This document shows positions 1 to 8,768 of a stretch of DNA of 43,852 bases, piece after piece. Under the pieces are notes generated by a model. It saw nothing but the letters and a program-made list of their open reading frames with translations. It made no database searches and was not told where the DNA came from. Both the position numbers and the translations under genes were made by a program. Every line of letters starts with the position of its first letter. Position 1 is the stretch's first letter. Location: assembly GCA_039190745.1 (NCBI GenBank), contig JBCCXZ010000029.1:1-43852 (forward strand), given 5' to 3'. Source of the stretch: Planctomycetota bacterium (GTDB taxonomy: Bacteria > Planctomycetota > Planctomycetia > Pirellulales > Lacipirellulaceae).

Positions 1-164
1 CCACACGGGCGGCCGGGGCGTGCCTTGTCTCCCGCGGACGACGCGGCGACAAGTCGCTGATCGTCGTCGTCCTCGGCGCCGGCTCGACCCCCGGACGTTA
101 CGCCGACTCGCGCAACCTGTACCGGTGGGCCTGGAATCAGTTGGAGGAGCAAGCCGGGGAATGA
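1..164 (+). CDS. 3' end of a D-alanyl-D-alanine carboxypeptidase (peptidase S11 / PBP5-like), partial, runs off the left edge
   Basis: Not in the ORF track. Frame starting at base 3 reads TRAAGACLVSRGRRGDKSLIVVVLGAGSTPGRYADSRNLYRWAWNQLEEQAGE*, stop TGA at 162-164. This matches the segment after the KTG motif of S11 enzymes (TxxAGxCLV...LIxVVLG...RxxDxxxL). Confidence 0.75.
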   Translation, partial: TRAAGACLVSRGRRGDKSLIVVVLGAGSTPGRYADSRNLYRWAWNQLEEQAGE

Positions 165-318
165 ACCGCAGAGGACGCAGAGAAAGGTCAAGAGAATTGT
201 GGGAGGGCTCTCCGAGCCCGATTACGCTTCTCATTGGAGAGCGTTATCGGCCTCAGAAAGGCCTCCTACAGATCGATCATCTGTTCTCTGTCTCTGCGAT
301 CTCCGCGACCTCTGCGGT
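165..318. repeat. Composite palindromic element A: outer ACCGCAGAGGACGCAGAG-type inverted repeat enclosing a REP-like pair (198-270)
   Basis: Left arm accgcagaggacgcagaga (165-183), right arm tctctgcgatctccgcgacctctgcggt (291-318). Inner pair TGTGGGAGGGCTCTCCGAGCCCGAT (198-222) and reverse-complement TGTAGGAGGCCTTTCTGAGGCCGAT (246-270). Confidence 0.8.
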
Positions 319-373
319 GAAAACACGTAGCTAAACCAAACAGCCAAGCCAGCAAGAAACGAAAAGCGACCGA

Positions 374-2065
374 ATGGAACCCCACCCCTACGGCTGGCTG
401 AGCGTCGCACCGCCACTCGTTGCGATCGTGCTCGCTATCGCCACCCGCCGGGCGGCCCTCTCGCTCATCGCGGGCATCTTCTGTGGCGCCCTGCTCACCA
501 ACCACGGCAACCCATTCGGGGCCGTCTACGACACGCTTGAGGTGCACCTCTGGCCCACGGTCACCGACCCCGGCAAGCTGCGCGTCTTCTCGTTCACGCT
601 GCTGATGGGCGCCACCATCGGCGTCATCTGCCGCTCCGGCGGCATGCTCGGGCTGATCTCCCTCATCTCGCCGCTCGCCCGCACCCGCCGCGGCGGCCAG
701 CTCACCACCTGGGGGCTGGGCATGATTATCTTCTTCGACGACTACGCCAACACGATCCTGCTCGGCGGCACGCTCCGACCCGTGTGCGACCGGCTCCGCA
801 TCTCCCGCGAGAAACTCGCTTACCTCGTCGATTCCACCGCCGCTCCCGTCGCCGCATTGTCGCTCCTCTCGACTTGGGTAGCGGTCGAGATCGACTACAT
901 CCGCTCCGGCATCGAGACGCTCCCCGCCGGGTCTGGCGTCACCGCCATCGACCTCTTCCTGGGGAGCATCCCGTTCCGCTTTTACATCCTGATGTCGCTC
1001 GCATTCATCTTTATCCTGGCTTGGACGGGCCGAGACTTCGGACCGATGCTCGCCGCGGAGAAAGAACGCCTCAAAACCGACCACCCGCCCGAGTCGGTCT
1101 CCAGCGGCACCGCCGCGCTCGACCAAGATCTCGCCAGCGTCCAGCCCGCCCACTGGGCCCACGCCATCGTGCCGATCGTGGTCACGCTCGGCACCGTCAT
1201 GGCGCTGCTCTACACAACGGGCAAACAAGCGATGATGGAAGTGCTCCCGGATGGCGACTTCGGCATCCGCGAAATCCTGGGCGCGGCGGCTTCCAGCTTC
1301 TCACTCCAGTACGGCGCGCTTGCGGGGCTGACCACCGCGGTGCTCATGGGCCGCGTCGCCGGCGTCCTCGACCGGCACGCCGTGCTCGACGCCGCCGCGA
1401 AGGGCGCGCGGGTCGTCCTGCCCGCGATCGCCATCCTGTGGACCGCCTCCGCGCTCTCGCGGCTGACCAGCGACAAGTCGTACGAAGGCGAACCCAGCAC
1501 CACCGCCTACCAGTTCAAAGACCACCGACTCTACACGGGCGTGTTTCTCACCGGCATCCTCACCGACGGCGAAGCACCGACCGAGTCCGGAACGCTATCG
1601 ACGACTGCCAAACTGATGCCGACAGTGGTCTTCCTGCTCGCGGCAGCGCTATCGTTCAGCACCGGCACCAGCTTCGGCACGATGGGCATCCTGCTCCCGA
1701 TGGTGGTCGCGCTCACCTATTCCCTCCTCGCCGCGGGGGGCGTCACCAACACCGCGGAGAACCCCATCCTGCTCGCCTCGGTCGGGGCCGTGCTCGCCGG
1801 CGCCGTCTTCGGCGACCATTGCTCGCCGATCTCCGACACCACGATCCTCTCTTCCCAATCGTGCGCCTGCGACCACATCGCCCATGTTGTCACCCAACTG
1901 CCCTACGCAGCCACGGTGGCGGTCGTCTCCATCCTCTGCGGCACGCTGCCGCTCGGGTGGGGGGTCTCCGTCTGGCTGCTGCTGCCGCTGCAACTCGCCG
2001 CGTTGTGCGTGTGCGTTGCCCTGCTAGGGTCCCGGGCAGAAGACCTCGCCGAGGCCGCCGCATGA
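374..2065 (+). CDS. NhaC-family (Na+/H+ antiporter / amino-acid-type) membrane transporter
   Basis: 563 aa with many TM segments; family motifs IFFDDYAN, SREKLAYLVDSTAAP, SFSTGTSFGTMGI, GAVFGDHCSPISDTTILSS, HVVTQLPYA. Confidence 0.88.
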   Translation: MEPHPYGWLSVAPPLVAIVLAIATRRAALSLIAGIFCGALLTNHGNPFGAVYDTLEVHLWPTVTDPGKLRVFSFTLLMGATIGVICRSGGMLGLISLISPLARTRRGGQLTTWGLGMIIFFDDYANTILLGGTLRPVCDRLRISREKLAYLVDSTAAPVAALSLLSTWVAVEIDYIRSGIETLPAGSGVTAIDLFLGSIPFRFYILMSLAFIFILAWTGRDFGPMLAAEKERLKTDHPPESVSSGTAALDQDLASVQPAHWAHAIVPIVVTLGTVMALLYTTGKQAMMEVLPDGDFGIREILGAAASSFSLQYGALAGLTTAVLMGRVAGVLDRHAVLDAAAKGARVVLPAIAILWTASALSRLTSDKSYEGEPSTTAYQFKDHRLYTGVFLTGILTDGEAPTESGTLSTTAKLMPTVVFLLAAALSFSTGTSFGTMGILLPMVVALTYSLLAAGGVTNTAENPILLASVGAVLAGAVFGDHCSPISDTTILSSQSCACDHIAHVVTQLPYAATVAVVSILCGTLPLGWGVSVWLLLPLQLAALCVCVALLGSRAEDLAEAAA

Positions 2066-3300
2066 AACAAAGCGCATTTGCCGCGTTCGCCGTCCTGGCA
2101 ATCACAACCGCTGCCGCCGCGGCACAGGAACCGGCGCGGGGCACGGTCGTGCTTACCGACGCCGCGCAGAAACTCCACGGCGAGTCGCTCGTCTTCGACG
2201 GCCACAACGACCTCCCCTGGGAGCTCCGCGCCCAGGGCTCGATCGGCTTCGAGCGCCTGGATCTTGCCCAACGGCAGAAGGGGCTCCACACCGATATCCC
2301 GAAGCTCCGCCAGGGGGGCGTCGGGGCCCAGTTCTGGTCGGTCTACGTCCCCGCCTCCACCGACCGCCGCGGCACAGCGCTCGTGACCACGCTCGAGCAG
2401 ATCGAGCTGGTCCACGCCATGGTCGACCGCTACCCGCAAACGTTCGAGCTGGCACTCACCGCCGACGATGTCCGCCGCATCTATGCCGACGGCAAGATCG
2501 CCTCGCTCATCGGCCTGGAAGGCGGGCACTCCATCGAGAACTCGCTCGGCGTGCTCCGCCAGCTGTTCAATCTCGGCTGCCGCTACATGACGCTCACCCA
2601 CTCCGACAGCCTCGACTGGGCCGACTCCGCGACCGACGCCCCCAAGAGCGGCGGGCTTTCCGAGTTCGGCGAAGACGTCGTTCGGGAAATGAACCGCCTC
2701 GGCATGCTGGTCGACCTCTCCCACGTCTCGCCCGCCACGATGAAACACTCCCTACGAGTGACCAAAGCGCCGGTCATCTTCTCACACTCTTCCGCCGTCG
2801 CGGTAGCCGACCACCCGCGCAACGTGCCCGACGACGTGCTCCGGCTGGTCGACCAAAACAACGGCGTGGTGATGGTCAACTTCTACTCGGCGTTTGTCGT
2901 CCCCCAAGCAGCCGCACGCGATCAGAAGTACCTCGACCTCCGCCGCGAGCTTGAGAACCAAGGCCTGCCCGACACGCGCATCCGCGCCGAACTCACCCGC
3001 TGGGCCAAAGCCAACCCCACCGACGAGGGCACGATCCACGACCTGATCGACCACATCGTCCACATTGCCGAGGTCGCTGGCGTCGAGCACGTCGGCCTCG
3101 GATCGGACTACGACGGCGTGAGCATCCTGCCCAAACAACTTGAGAACACCGCCCGCTACCCTTACATCACGCAGGCGTTGCTCGACCGCGGGTTCTCGCC
3201 CGAACAGGTCAAGCTCGTCCTGGGAGAGAACGTGCTCCGCGTGATGGATGACGCCGAGCGGGTTGCTGCCGAACTGCAGGCAGAACAGCCGCTCGAATAA
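2062..3300 (+). CDS. Exported membrane dipeptidase (peptidase M19, amidohydrolase fold)
   Basis: True start ATG 2062 overlaps the upstream TGA (ATGA). Signal peptide MKQSAFAAFAVLAITTAAAAA; motifs DGHND, LEGGH, MTLTH, VDLSH, FSHS, GSDYDG. Confidence 0.92.
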   Translation: MKQSAFAAFAVLAITTAAAAAQEPARGTVVLTDAAQKLHGESLVFDGHNDLPWELRAQGSIGFERLDLAQRQKGLHTDIPKLRQGGVGAQFWSVYVPASTDRRGTALVTTLEQIELVHAMVDRYPQTFELALTADDVRRIYADGKIASLIGLEGGHSIENSLGVLRQLFNLGCRYMTLTHSDSLDWADSATDAPKSGGLSEFGEDVVREMNRLGMLVDLSHVSPATMKHSLRVTKAPVIFSHSSAVAVADHPRNVPDDVLRLVDQNNGVVMVNFYSAFVVPQAAARDQKYLDLRRELENQGLPDTRIRAELTRWAKANPTDEGTIHDLIDHIVHIAEVAGVEHVGLGSDYDGVSILPKQLENTARYPYITQALLDRGFSPEQVKLVLGENVLRVMDDAERVAAELQAEQPLE

Positions 3301-3307
3301 TCTCCGG

Positions 3308-5008
3308 CTAGTCCCTCTGGGCGCGGCCAACCTTCCCCGGAACACGAGGGTCGTGGACGCCGATCAAGCCGCCGGACGGATCCAACCCGATCGCCTGCGT
3401 CACCCCCGCCGAGCGGCCCGAGGAGACCTCGTGCCCGATTCGTGACAGGCCCGTTCCAAGCGAGGCGGGGGCCGCCTCCTCAATCATCACCACGTCGGGT
3501 CGCCATTGGTGGTGGAACCGCGGCGCCGCCACCGCCTCACCAAGCGGCATCCCGTAGTCGAGCGTCCGCACCAGACCCAGCACCACCTGCGTGATGATCT
3601 TCGGCCCGCCCGCGGCCCCCAGGGTCATTACCGGTTCGCCGCCCTTAAGCACAATCGTCGGGCTCATCGATGAGAGCGGCCGCTTGCCCGCCTTCACCGA
3701 GTTGTTCTCCGCTCCCAGCAATCCAAAAGCGTTCGGCACGCCCGGCTGCGCCGAGAAGTCGTCCATCTCGTTGTTCAACACCACGCCCGTTCCCGGCACG
3801 ACGACTTTCGAACCGAAGCTCGTGTTCACCGTCGCGGTGATCGCGACCCAGTTGCCCTCCGTGTCGGCGGCGGCGATGTGCGTCGTGTGCCGTTCGGCGG
3901 TTTGCCGATTGAACAATCGCGTCGCCGCGTCCGGCGGATCCCCGTGCCCATCCACAACCGCCACCGAACCCCGCTCGATCTCGCCCGCCAACTCGTCGGC
4001 GTAGACCTGATCCACCAACCCCGCAGGCACTTCCGCGAAGTCCGCATCCCCGAGCCAGTAAGCACGGTCCGCAAACGCCAGCTTCATCGCCTCCACAATC
4101 AAGTGCGTCGCCCCGACCGGGTCGCGCTGCTTCTCGGTTGCCAGGTCGAACGATTCGAGCATGTTGAGGATCTGAGCAACATGGATGCCCCCCGAACTCG
4201 GCGGCGGGAAACCCACCACATCCCAGCCCCGGTAAGTTGACCGCACCGGTTCTCGAGCCACCGCCCGATACGATGCGAAGTCGTCCGTGGTTATCACGCC
4301 TCCGTTCGCCGCCATCCACGCGCCTACACGCTTGCTAAACGGCCCGTCGTAGAACCACTCGGGCCCGTGCTCGGCGATGGCCCGGTAGGTGCGGGCGAGG
4401 TTCGGTTGCTTGAGCGTCTCGCCCTCCGCGTAAGGGGAGCCGTCCGGCTTCAGCAACGCGGCTGCCGAGCCCTCGAACCGGCGCAGCACCTCAGCAGTCG
4501 AGGCCAGTCGCCTCGCGTAAACCCGGTCCAGCGCAAACCCCTGCTCCGCGATGTCCGCCGCCGGCCGCAGCAGTTCCGGCAGGGTGAGCGCCCCGTGTTC
4601 GTTGATCGCCTTCGAATACGCCGCCAGAGCGCCCGGTACGCCGCTGGCGAGCGGCCCGGTCTGGCTCAACTGCGGAACCGCCTTGCCGTCGCGCAGGAAC
4701 ATGTCTCGCGTAGCCGCGGCCGGGGCCATTTCTCGCCCGTCGATCGCTGCAATCGCCCCGTTGGCCCGACGAATCAGGATAAAGCACCCGCCGCCGATCC
4801 CCGAGTTGGGCGTATCCACCACACCGAGCGTCAGGGCCGTCGCTACCGCGGCGTCAATCGCGTTCCCGCCCCGCCGGTACGCCTCGAGTCCCGCATCGGT
4901 CGCCAGCGGCTGGACCGAGGCCACGACACATTCGCCCGCGGCCGCCGGCAGCCCGAACGAGGCCCATAGCGAAACGCCCACTAGGCCGCAAAAACACAAA
5001 CGTTTCAT
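3308..5008 (-). CDS. ggt: Gamma-glutamyltransferase, exported
   Basis: Start at MKRLCFCG (signal-peptide-like). Motifs GGNAIDAAVA, SGIGGG, IDGREMAP, PPPSSGG, HTTH (autocatalytic Thr), LNNEMDDFS, RPLSSMSP. Confidence 0.93.
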   Translation of the reverse strand: MKRLCFCGLVGVSLWASFGLPAAAGECVVASVQPLATDAGLEAYRRGGNAIDAAVATALTLGVVDTPNSGIGGGCFILIRRANGAIAAIDGREMAPAAATRDMFLRDGKAVPQLSQTGPLASGVPGALAAYSKAINEHGALTLPELLRPAADIAEQGFALDRVYARRLASTAEVLRRFEGSAAALLKPDGSPYAEGETLKQPNLARTYRAIAEHGPEWFYDGPFSKRVGAWMAANGGVITTDDFASYRAVAREPVRSTYRGWDVVGFPPPSSGGIHVAQILNMLESFDLATEKQRDPVGATHLIVEAMKLAFADRAYWLGDADFAEVPAGLVDQVYADELAGEIERGSVAVVDGHGDPPDAATRLFNRQTAERHTTHIAAADTEGNWVAITATVNTSFGSKVVVPGTGVVLNNEMDDFSAQPGVPNAFGLLGAENNSVKAGKRPLSSMSPTIVLKGGEPVMTLGAAGGPKIITQVVLGLVRTLDYGMPLGEAVAAPRFHHQWRPDVVMIEEAAPASLGTGLSRIGHEVSSGRSAGVTQAIGLDPSGGLIGVHDPRVPGKVGRAQRD

Positions 5009-5099
5009 CGAGACCTCATCGCATAGCGCAGACGGCAGAGGAACACACGATCCCCGAGACAACTTCGACGAAGCCACACCCGCCGGCAAGCCCTCAGTG

Positions 5100-5115
5100 T
5101 GTGAACTGTGCCACA
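5100..5115. promoter_or_regulatory. Possible CRP/FNR-family box between the divergent ggt and amidase genes
   Basis: TGTGA-actgtg-CCACA, one mismatch from TGTGA-N6-TCACA. Confidence 0.25.
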
Positions 5116-5283
5116 GCCCTGCGCAGCATCGACGCTAGTATGCGCTTCGAGGATGTTCTCCTGCGGCCGAATCGGGTCCGAGATCGGGCAAACTGTGGGA
5201 AGAATCGCGTGCGGTGCTTACACTAGTGTACTGCGCGAATAGCGGAACGGGTTCGCGCGTCTTGGAACAGGAGCAGAGAGACC

Positions 5284-8200
5284 ATGCGTCGTAAAAAGCG
5301 TAAGCAAGCCGCCCGTAGGAAGGCGCAAACCCGTCCGGACCGCGGGCTGAGGATCGAGCCGCTCGAGCCCCGCATCGCCATGAGTGCGGCCGGCTTGGTG
5401 GACGTCGGCACGCAGCCCGAGGGAGGTCTTTCAGACAAAATCGTCTACACCCACGCCGGCCACGGGTACACCACCGTCAACAATGGCCAGGCGAACGCCT
5501 TCTGGGCCTTCCAGCGCCCGTACCTGTTGGGCATGGTCGAAGACCTCGGCAACTACGACCAACAAACGATCCTGGCCGATTACCTCTTCCGCGCCGGTGC
5601 GACCGTCGTCCCCATGCGGCCGATCGGTTACCAAACCAACGAGATCATCCTCGACAACGACGATGTCGAGGTCACATTCAGCGGCGCCTGGAGCAACAGC
5701 AGCTCGACCATCTACTTCGGCGACGTGGGCGACGTCCCCTACCGGTTCGCCAGCACGAGCCTCACCGAAACCGCCACCGCAACGTACCGTCCAAACATCA
5801 CGGAAGAAGGCCATTACCCCGTCTACGCCTGGACACGCTACGGCTCCGACCGAACCGAACAGCTCTATCGCATCAACCATTCCGGCGGCAGCACCGAGGT
5901 CACCGTCAACCACCGCCGAGTGGGCAACGGCCTGGTCTACCTCGGCACCTACCATTTCGAGAACGGCACCGCCGGCTCGGTCGAGATCAGCAACCGCTCC
6001 GACGAAACCGGCCGCGTTGTGATCGCCGATATGATCCGCTTCGGCAACGGCATGGGCGACATCGACCGTGGCGCGGGCATCTCGGGCCTCCCGCGCGAAG
6101 ACGAGGCCGGACTCTACTGGGTCCAGTGGCACGTCGACCGCTCGCAGGGGGTCCCCACCAGCGAGTACCGCACCAGCAGCTCCGACTCCAGCGCCACCGT
6201 GAGCCTCGCCCCGCGTTACTCGGAATACATGAACCGCTCCACCGACGGCAGCCTTTCCGACCGGGTGCTGGTGAGCTTCCACTCCAACGCCGGCGGCGGC
6301 GGGGCCCGCGGCACGCTCGGCCTGCACAACACCAACCAGGGAGGCAACACGCCCAATCAGTTCTTCCTCGCCGACACGCTCGGCCAAGAAGTCAACGACG
6401 ACCTGGTCGCCCAAAACGGCCAATACGAGCACAACTGGTTCGACCGTGGCAACAACGTCACCTTCCAGACCACCTTCAACTACGGCGAGCTCAACAACCT
6501 CTACATCAACAACGAATTCGACGCGACGATCCTCGAAACCGCCTTCCACGACAACCAGCTAGACGCCGAGCTGATGCGCGACCCCAAGGCCCGCGACGCC
6601 ATCGGCCGCGCCACCTACCAAGGCATCGTGAAGTACTTCAACGGCGTCGACAGCGGGGCCACCAGCCTCACCATGCTCCCGGGCGCAGTCGAAACCATCC
6701 GCGCAGAAACCGCCGGCCCCGACAGCGTGACCCTCACCTGGACGGCCCCGAACGTAAACTCCTACGACGGCAGCGCCCCCACCGGCTACATGGTCTACGG
6801 CTCGACCAACGGCAAGGGCTTCGACGGAGGGACCTTCGTCTCCGGCGGCGGCACGACCACCTACACCGTCACCGGACTCGACCCCGCCGAAGGGGCGTAC
6901 TACTTCAAAGTCGCCGCGGTCAACGCCGGCGGCGAGGGCGTGGCCTCCGAGGTCGCGGCCGCGATCCCCGGCAACGCAAATGCCAGCAACATACTGATCG
7001 TCAACGGCTTCGACCGGAACGATCGCTTCCTCAGCCCCACGGTTAGCTACCCCGGCGGCTCGGCCCAACGCATCCGCCCGCAGAACACCAATTCGTTCGA
7101 CTACGCTGTGCAGGTCGCCTCGTCGATCGAGGCGTACAACGAGCCCCTCGTGGTCGACACCGCCTCGAACGACATGGTGGAAAACGGCTCGGTTGTGCTC
7201 ACCGACTACGACGCCGTGATCTGGATCCTCGGCGAAGAGTCGACCGAAAACGAGACGTTCAGCAACGTCGAGCAAACGCTCGTCTCCGGCTACCTGGCAG
7301 CCGGCGGGCAGCTCCTGGCGACCGGAGCCGAAATCGGCTGGGACCTCGACGCACAGAACGGAGGGACCAGCTTCTACAACAACTCGCTCCGGGCGAACTA
7401 CGTCGCTGACGACGCCAACACGTACAACGTCAATGCCGTGCCGGGCTCGATCTTCGACGGCGTTGCCTCGTTCGCCTTCGACGACGGCAGTGAGTTCTAC
7501 GATGCCCAGTTCGCGGACGTGATCTCCCCCTCCGCCGGGTCGACCGCGGCGTTGACTTACTCCACCGGCGGAACCGCCGCCGTCCAGTATGTCGGCGGAG
7601 CCGGGGAGCGGGTCGTCACCTTCGGGTTCCCCTTCGAGACCATCACCACCGAGTCTGCGCGCAACGCCGTCATGGCTGGCGTGCTGGACTTTTTCGTCAC
7701 CGAGAGCGTTCCGCTCCAACCCTTGCAGCTGGTTCTCGATAACGACGACGGCCCAACCGTCTACTCTGAGACCGGCACATGGTCGAACGGCCCAGACGCC
7801 GGGTTCAACGGCGGGACTTACCGGACGGCGGTCGTGGGAGAATCCTCGGTCGCAACCTGGACTTTTAACGCACCCTACTCCGGCACGGCCGAAGTATTCG
7901 TGCAGTACCGCGCCGAGCCGGACCGCGCCTCTAATGCCCAGTATGTGATCGAGTTCGGATCAGGCATTGGGTTCGCCGCGGCAGACCAGCAGGCCCCGAA
8001 CCTGGAGTGGATGTCCTTGGGCAACTTCGACATTTCGGCGGGCCAGAACTCGGTCTCCCTCGCTGCGCTGCTAAGCTCTGGCGGCACGACAGTTGTCGCC
8101 GATGCCGTCCGAGTCGATCTCTTGCCGGCTCTGAATGCGGACTTCGACGGCGACGCCGACATCGATCTCTTTGACCTCCTCCGCCTCCAGCGGGGTTTCG

Positions 8201-8577
8201 GCGCCGGCACAACCGTTGCCGAAGGCGACGCCGACCGCGACGACGACGTCGACGCCGACGATCTCGAGTACTGGGTCACCCAAGCGGGCGCCGGCTCGGT
8301 GCAGACCGCACCGTCGATCGCGGTGCAGGCCTCCACAACTGCTGCCCTTGTGACCGGACCGCACTGGCTCGCCCAGCCGATCGTCGAGCGGCAGGAGCAA
8401 GCCATACTGACATCGGAATTCGCTGGCGACGCAGCCTTGCCTCAGCTGTGGGATCGGTGGCTGGAGTCAACCGCACCCAGTCAAACAAGCAACGAAGACC
8501 TGTTCGAGGACGATCGGGAGCCACGCGACGAAGACGAAGCCTTCGCGCAGCTCTTCGAAGACGGCGAACTTGCTTAG
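5284..8577 (+). CDS. Secreted multidomain N-acetylmuramoyl-L-alanine amidase (Amidase_3-like with inserted Golvesin/xanthan-lyase CBM-like domain, FN3, second CBM-like domain, dockerin-like repeat)
   Basis: Leader RGLRIEPLEPRIAMSA. Zn-amidase motifs KIVYTHAGHG, MVED, VSFHSNA, ILETAFHDN. FN3 segment SVTLTWTAP...YYFKVAAVNAGGEG. Two LDNDD...W...AD(M/A)(I/V)R modules. C-terminal ADFDGDADIDLFD / GDADRDDDVDADD. Confidence 0.75.
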   Translation: MRRKKRKQAARRKAQTRPDRGLRIEPLEPRIAMSAAGLVDVGTQPEGGLSDKIVYTHAGHGYTTVNNGQANAFWAFQRPYLLGMVEDLGNYDQQTILADYLFRAGATVVPMRPIGYQTNEIILDNDDVEVTFSGAWSNSSSTIYFGDVGDVPYRFASTSLTETATATYRPNITEEGHYPVYAWTRYGSDRTEQLYRINHSGGSTEVTVNHRRVGNGLVYLGTYHFENGTAGSVEISNRSDETGRVVIADMIRFGNGMGDIDRGAGISGLPREDEAGLYWVQWHVDRSQGVPTSEYRTSSSDSSATVSLAPRYSEYMNRSTDGSLSDRVLVSFHSNAGGGGARGTLGLHNTNQGGNTPNQFFLADTLGQEVNDDLVAQNGQYEHNWFDRGNNVTFQTTFNYGELNNLYINNEFDATILETAFHDNQLDAELMRDPKARDAIGRATYQGIVKYFNGVDSGATSLTMLPGAVETIRAETAGPDSVTLTWTAPNVNSYDGSAPTGYMVYGSTNGKGFDGGTFVSGGGTTTYTVTGLDPAEGAYYFKVAAVNAGGEGVASEVAAAIPGNANASNILIVNGFDRNDRFLSPTVSYPGGSAQRIRPQNTNSFDYAVQVASSIEAYNEPLVVDTASNDMVENGSVVLTDYDAVIWILGEESTENETFSNVEQTLVSGYLAAGGQLLATGAEIGWDLDAQNGGTSFYNNSLRANYVADDANTYNVNAVPGSIFDGVASFAFDDGSEFYDAQFADVISPSAGSTAALTYSTGGTAAVQYVGGAGERVVTFGFPFETITTESARNAVMAGVLDFFVTESVPLQPLQLVLDNDDGPTVYSETGTWSNGPDAGFNGGTYRTAVVGESSVATWTFNAPYSGTAEVFVQYRAEPDRASNAQYVIEFGSGIGFAAADQQAPNLEWMSLGNFDISAGQNSVSLAALLSSGGTTVVADAVRVDLLPALNADFDGDADIDLFDLLRLQRGFGAGTTVAEGDADRDDDVDADDLEYWVTQAGAGSVQTAPSIAVQASTTAALVTGPHWLAQPIVERQEQAILTSEFAGDAALPQLWDRWLESTAPSQTSNEDLFEDDREPRDEDEAFAQLFEDGELA

Positions 8578-8768
8578 GCATATTCACTGGTTGGCGCGTG
8601 GGAAATACGATCAACCCTTCGCAATTGCGCGGAAGAATTGCGCTTCCGCGGGGCGTAAGCGGCGGGGAGAATCCACACTTTCCACTATACTAATTGAGAT
8701 TACTATCACCCTCACTGGCGGCGTCCCCTAGCGTCACCCACCGAGAAGCGTCTTCAGGAGTCTATGCC

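Noticed and set aside
784..2061. N-terminal ~426 aa of the 838-aa ORF 784..3300
   Set aside because: Arg/Pro-rich off-frame read-through overlapping the NhaC gene; the dipeptidase starts at ATG 2062 with a signal peptide.
8620..8650. CGCAATTGCG palindrome and GCGGAAG/CTTCCGC stem upstream of the first DUF1559
   Set aside because: Could be an operator or weak terminator, but there is no U tract and no second copy upstream of the paralog, so it cannot be assigned.
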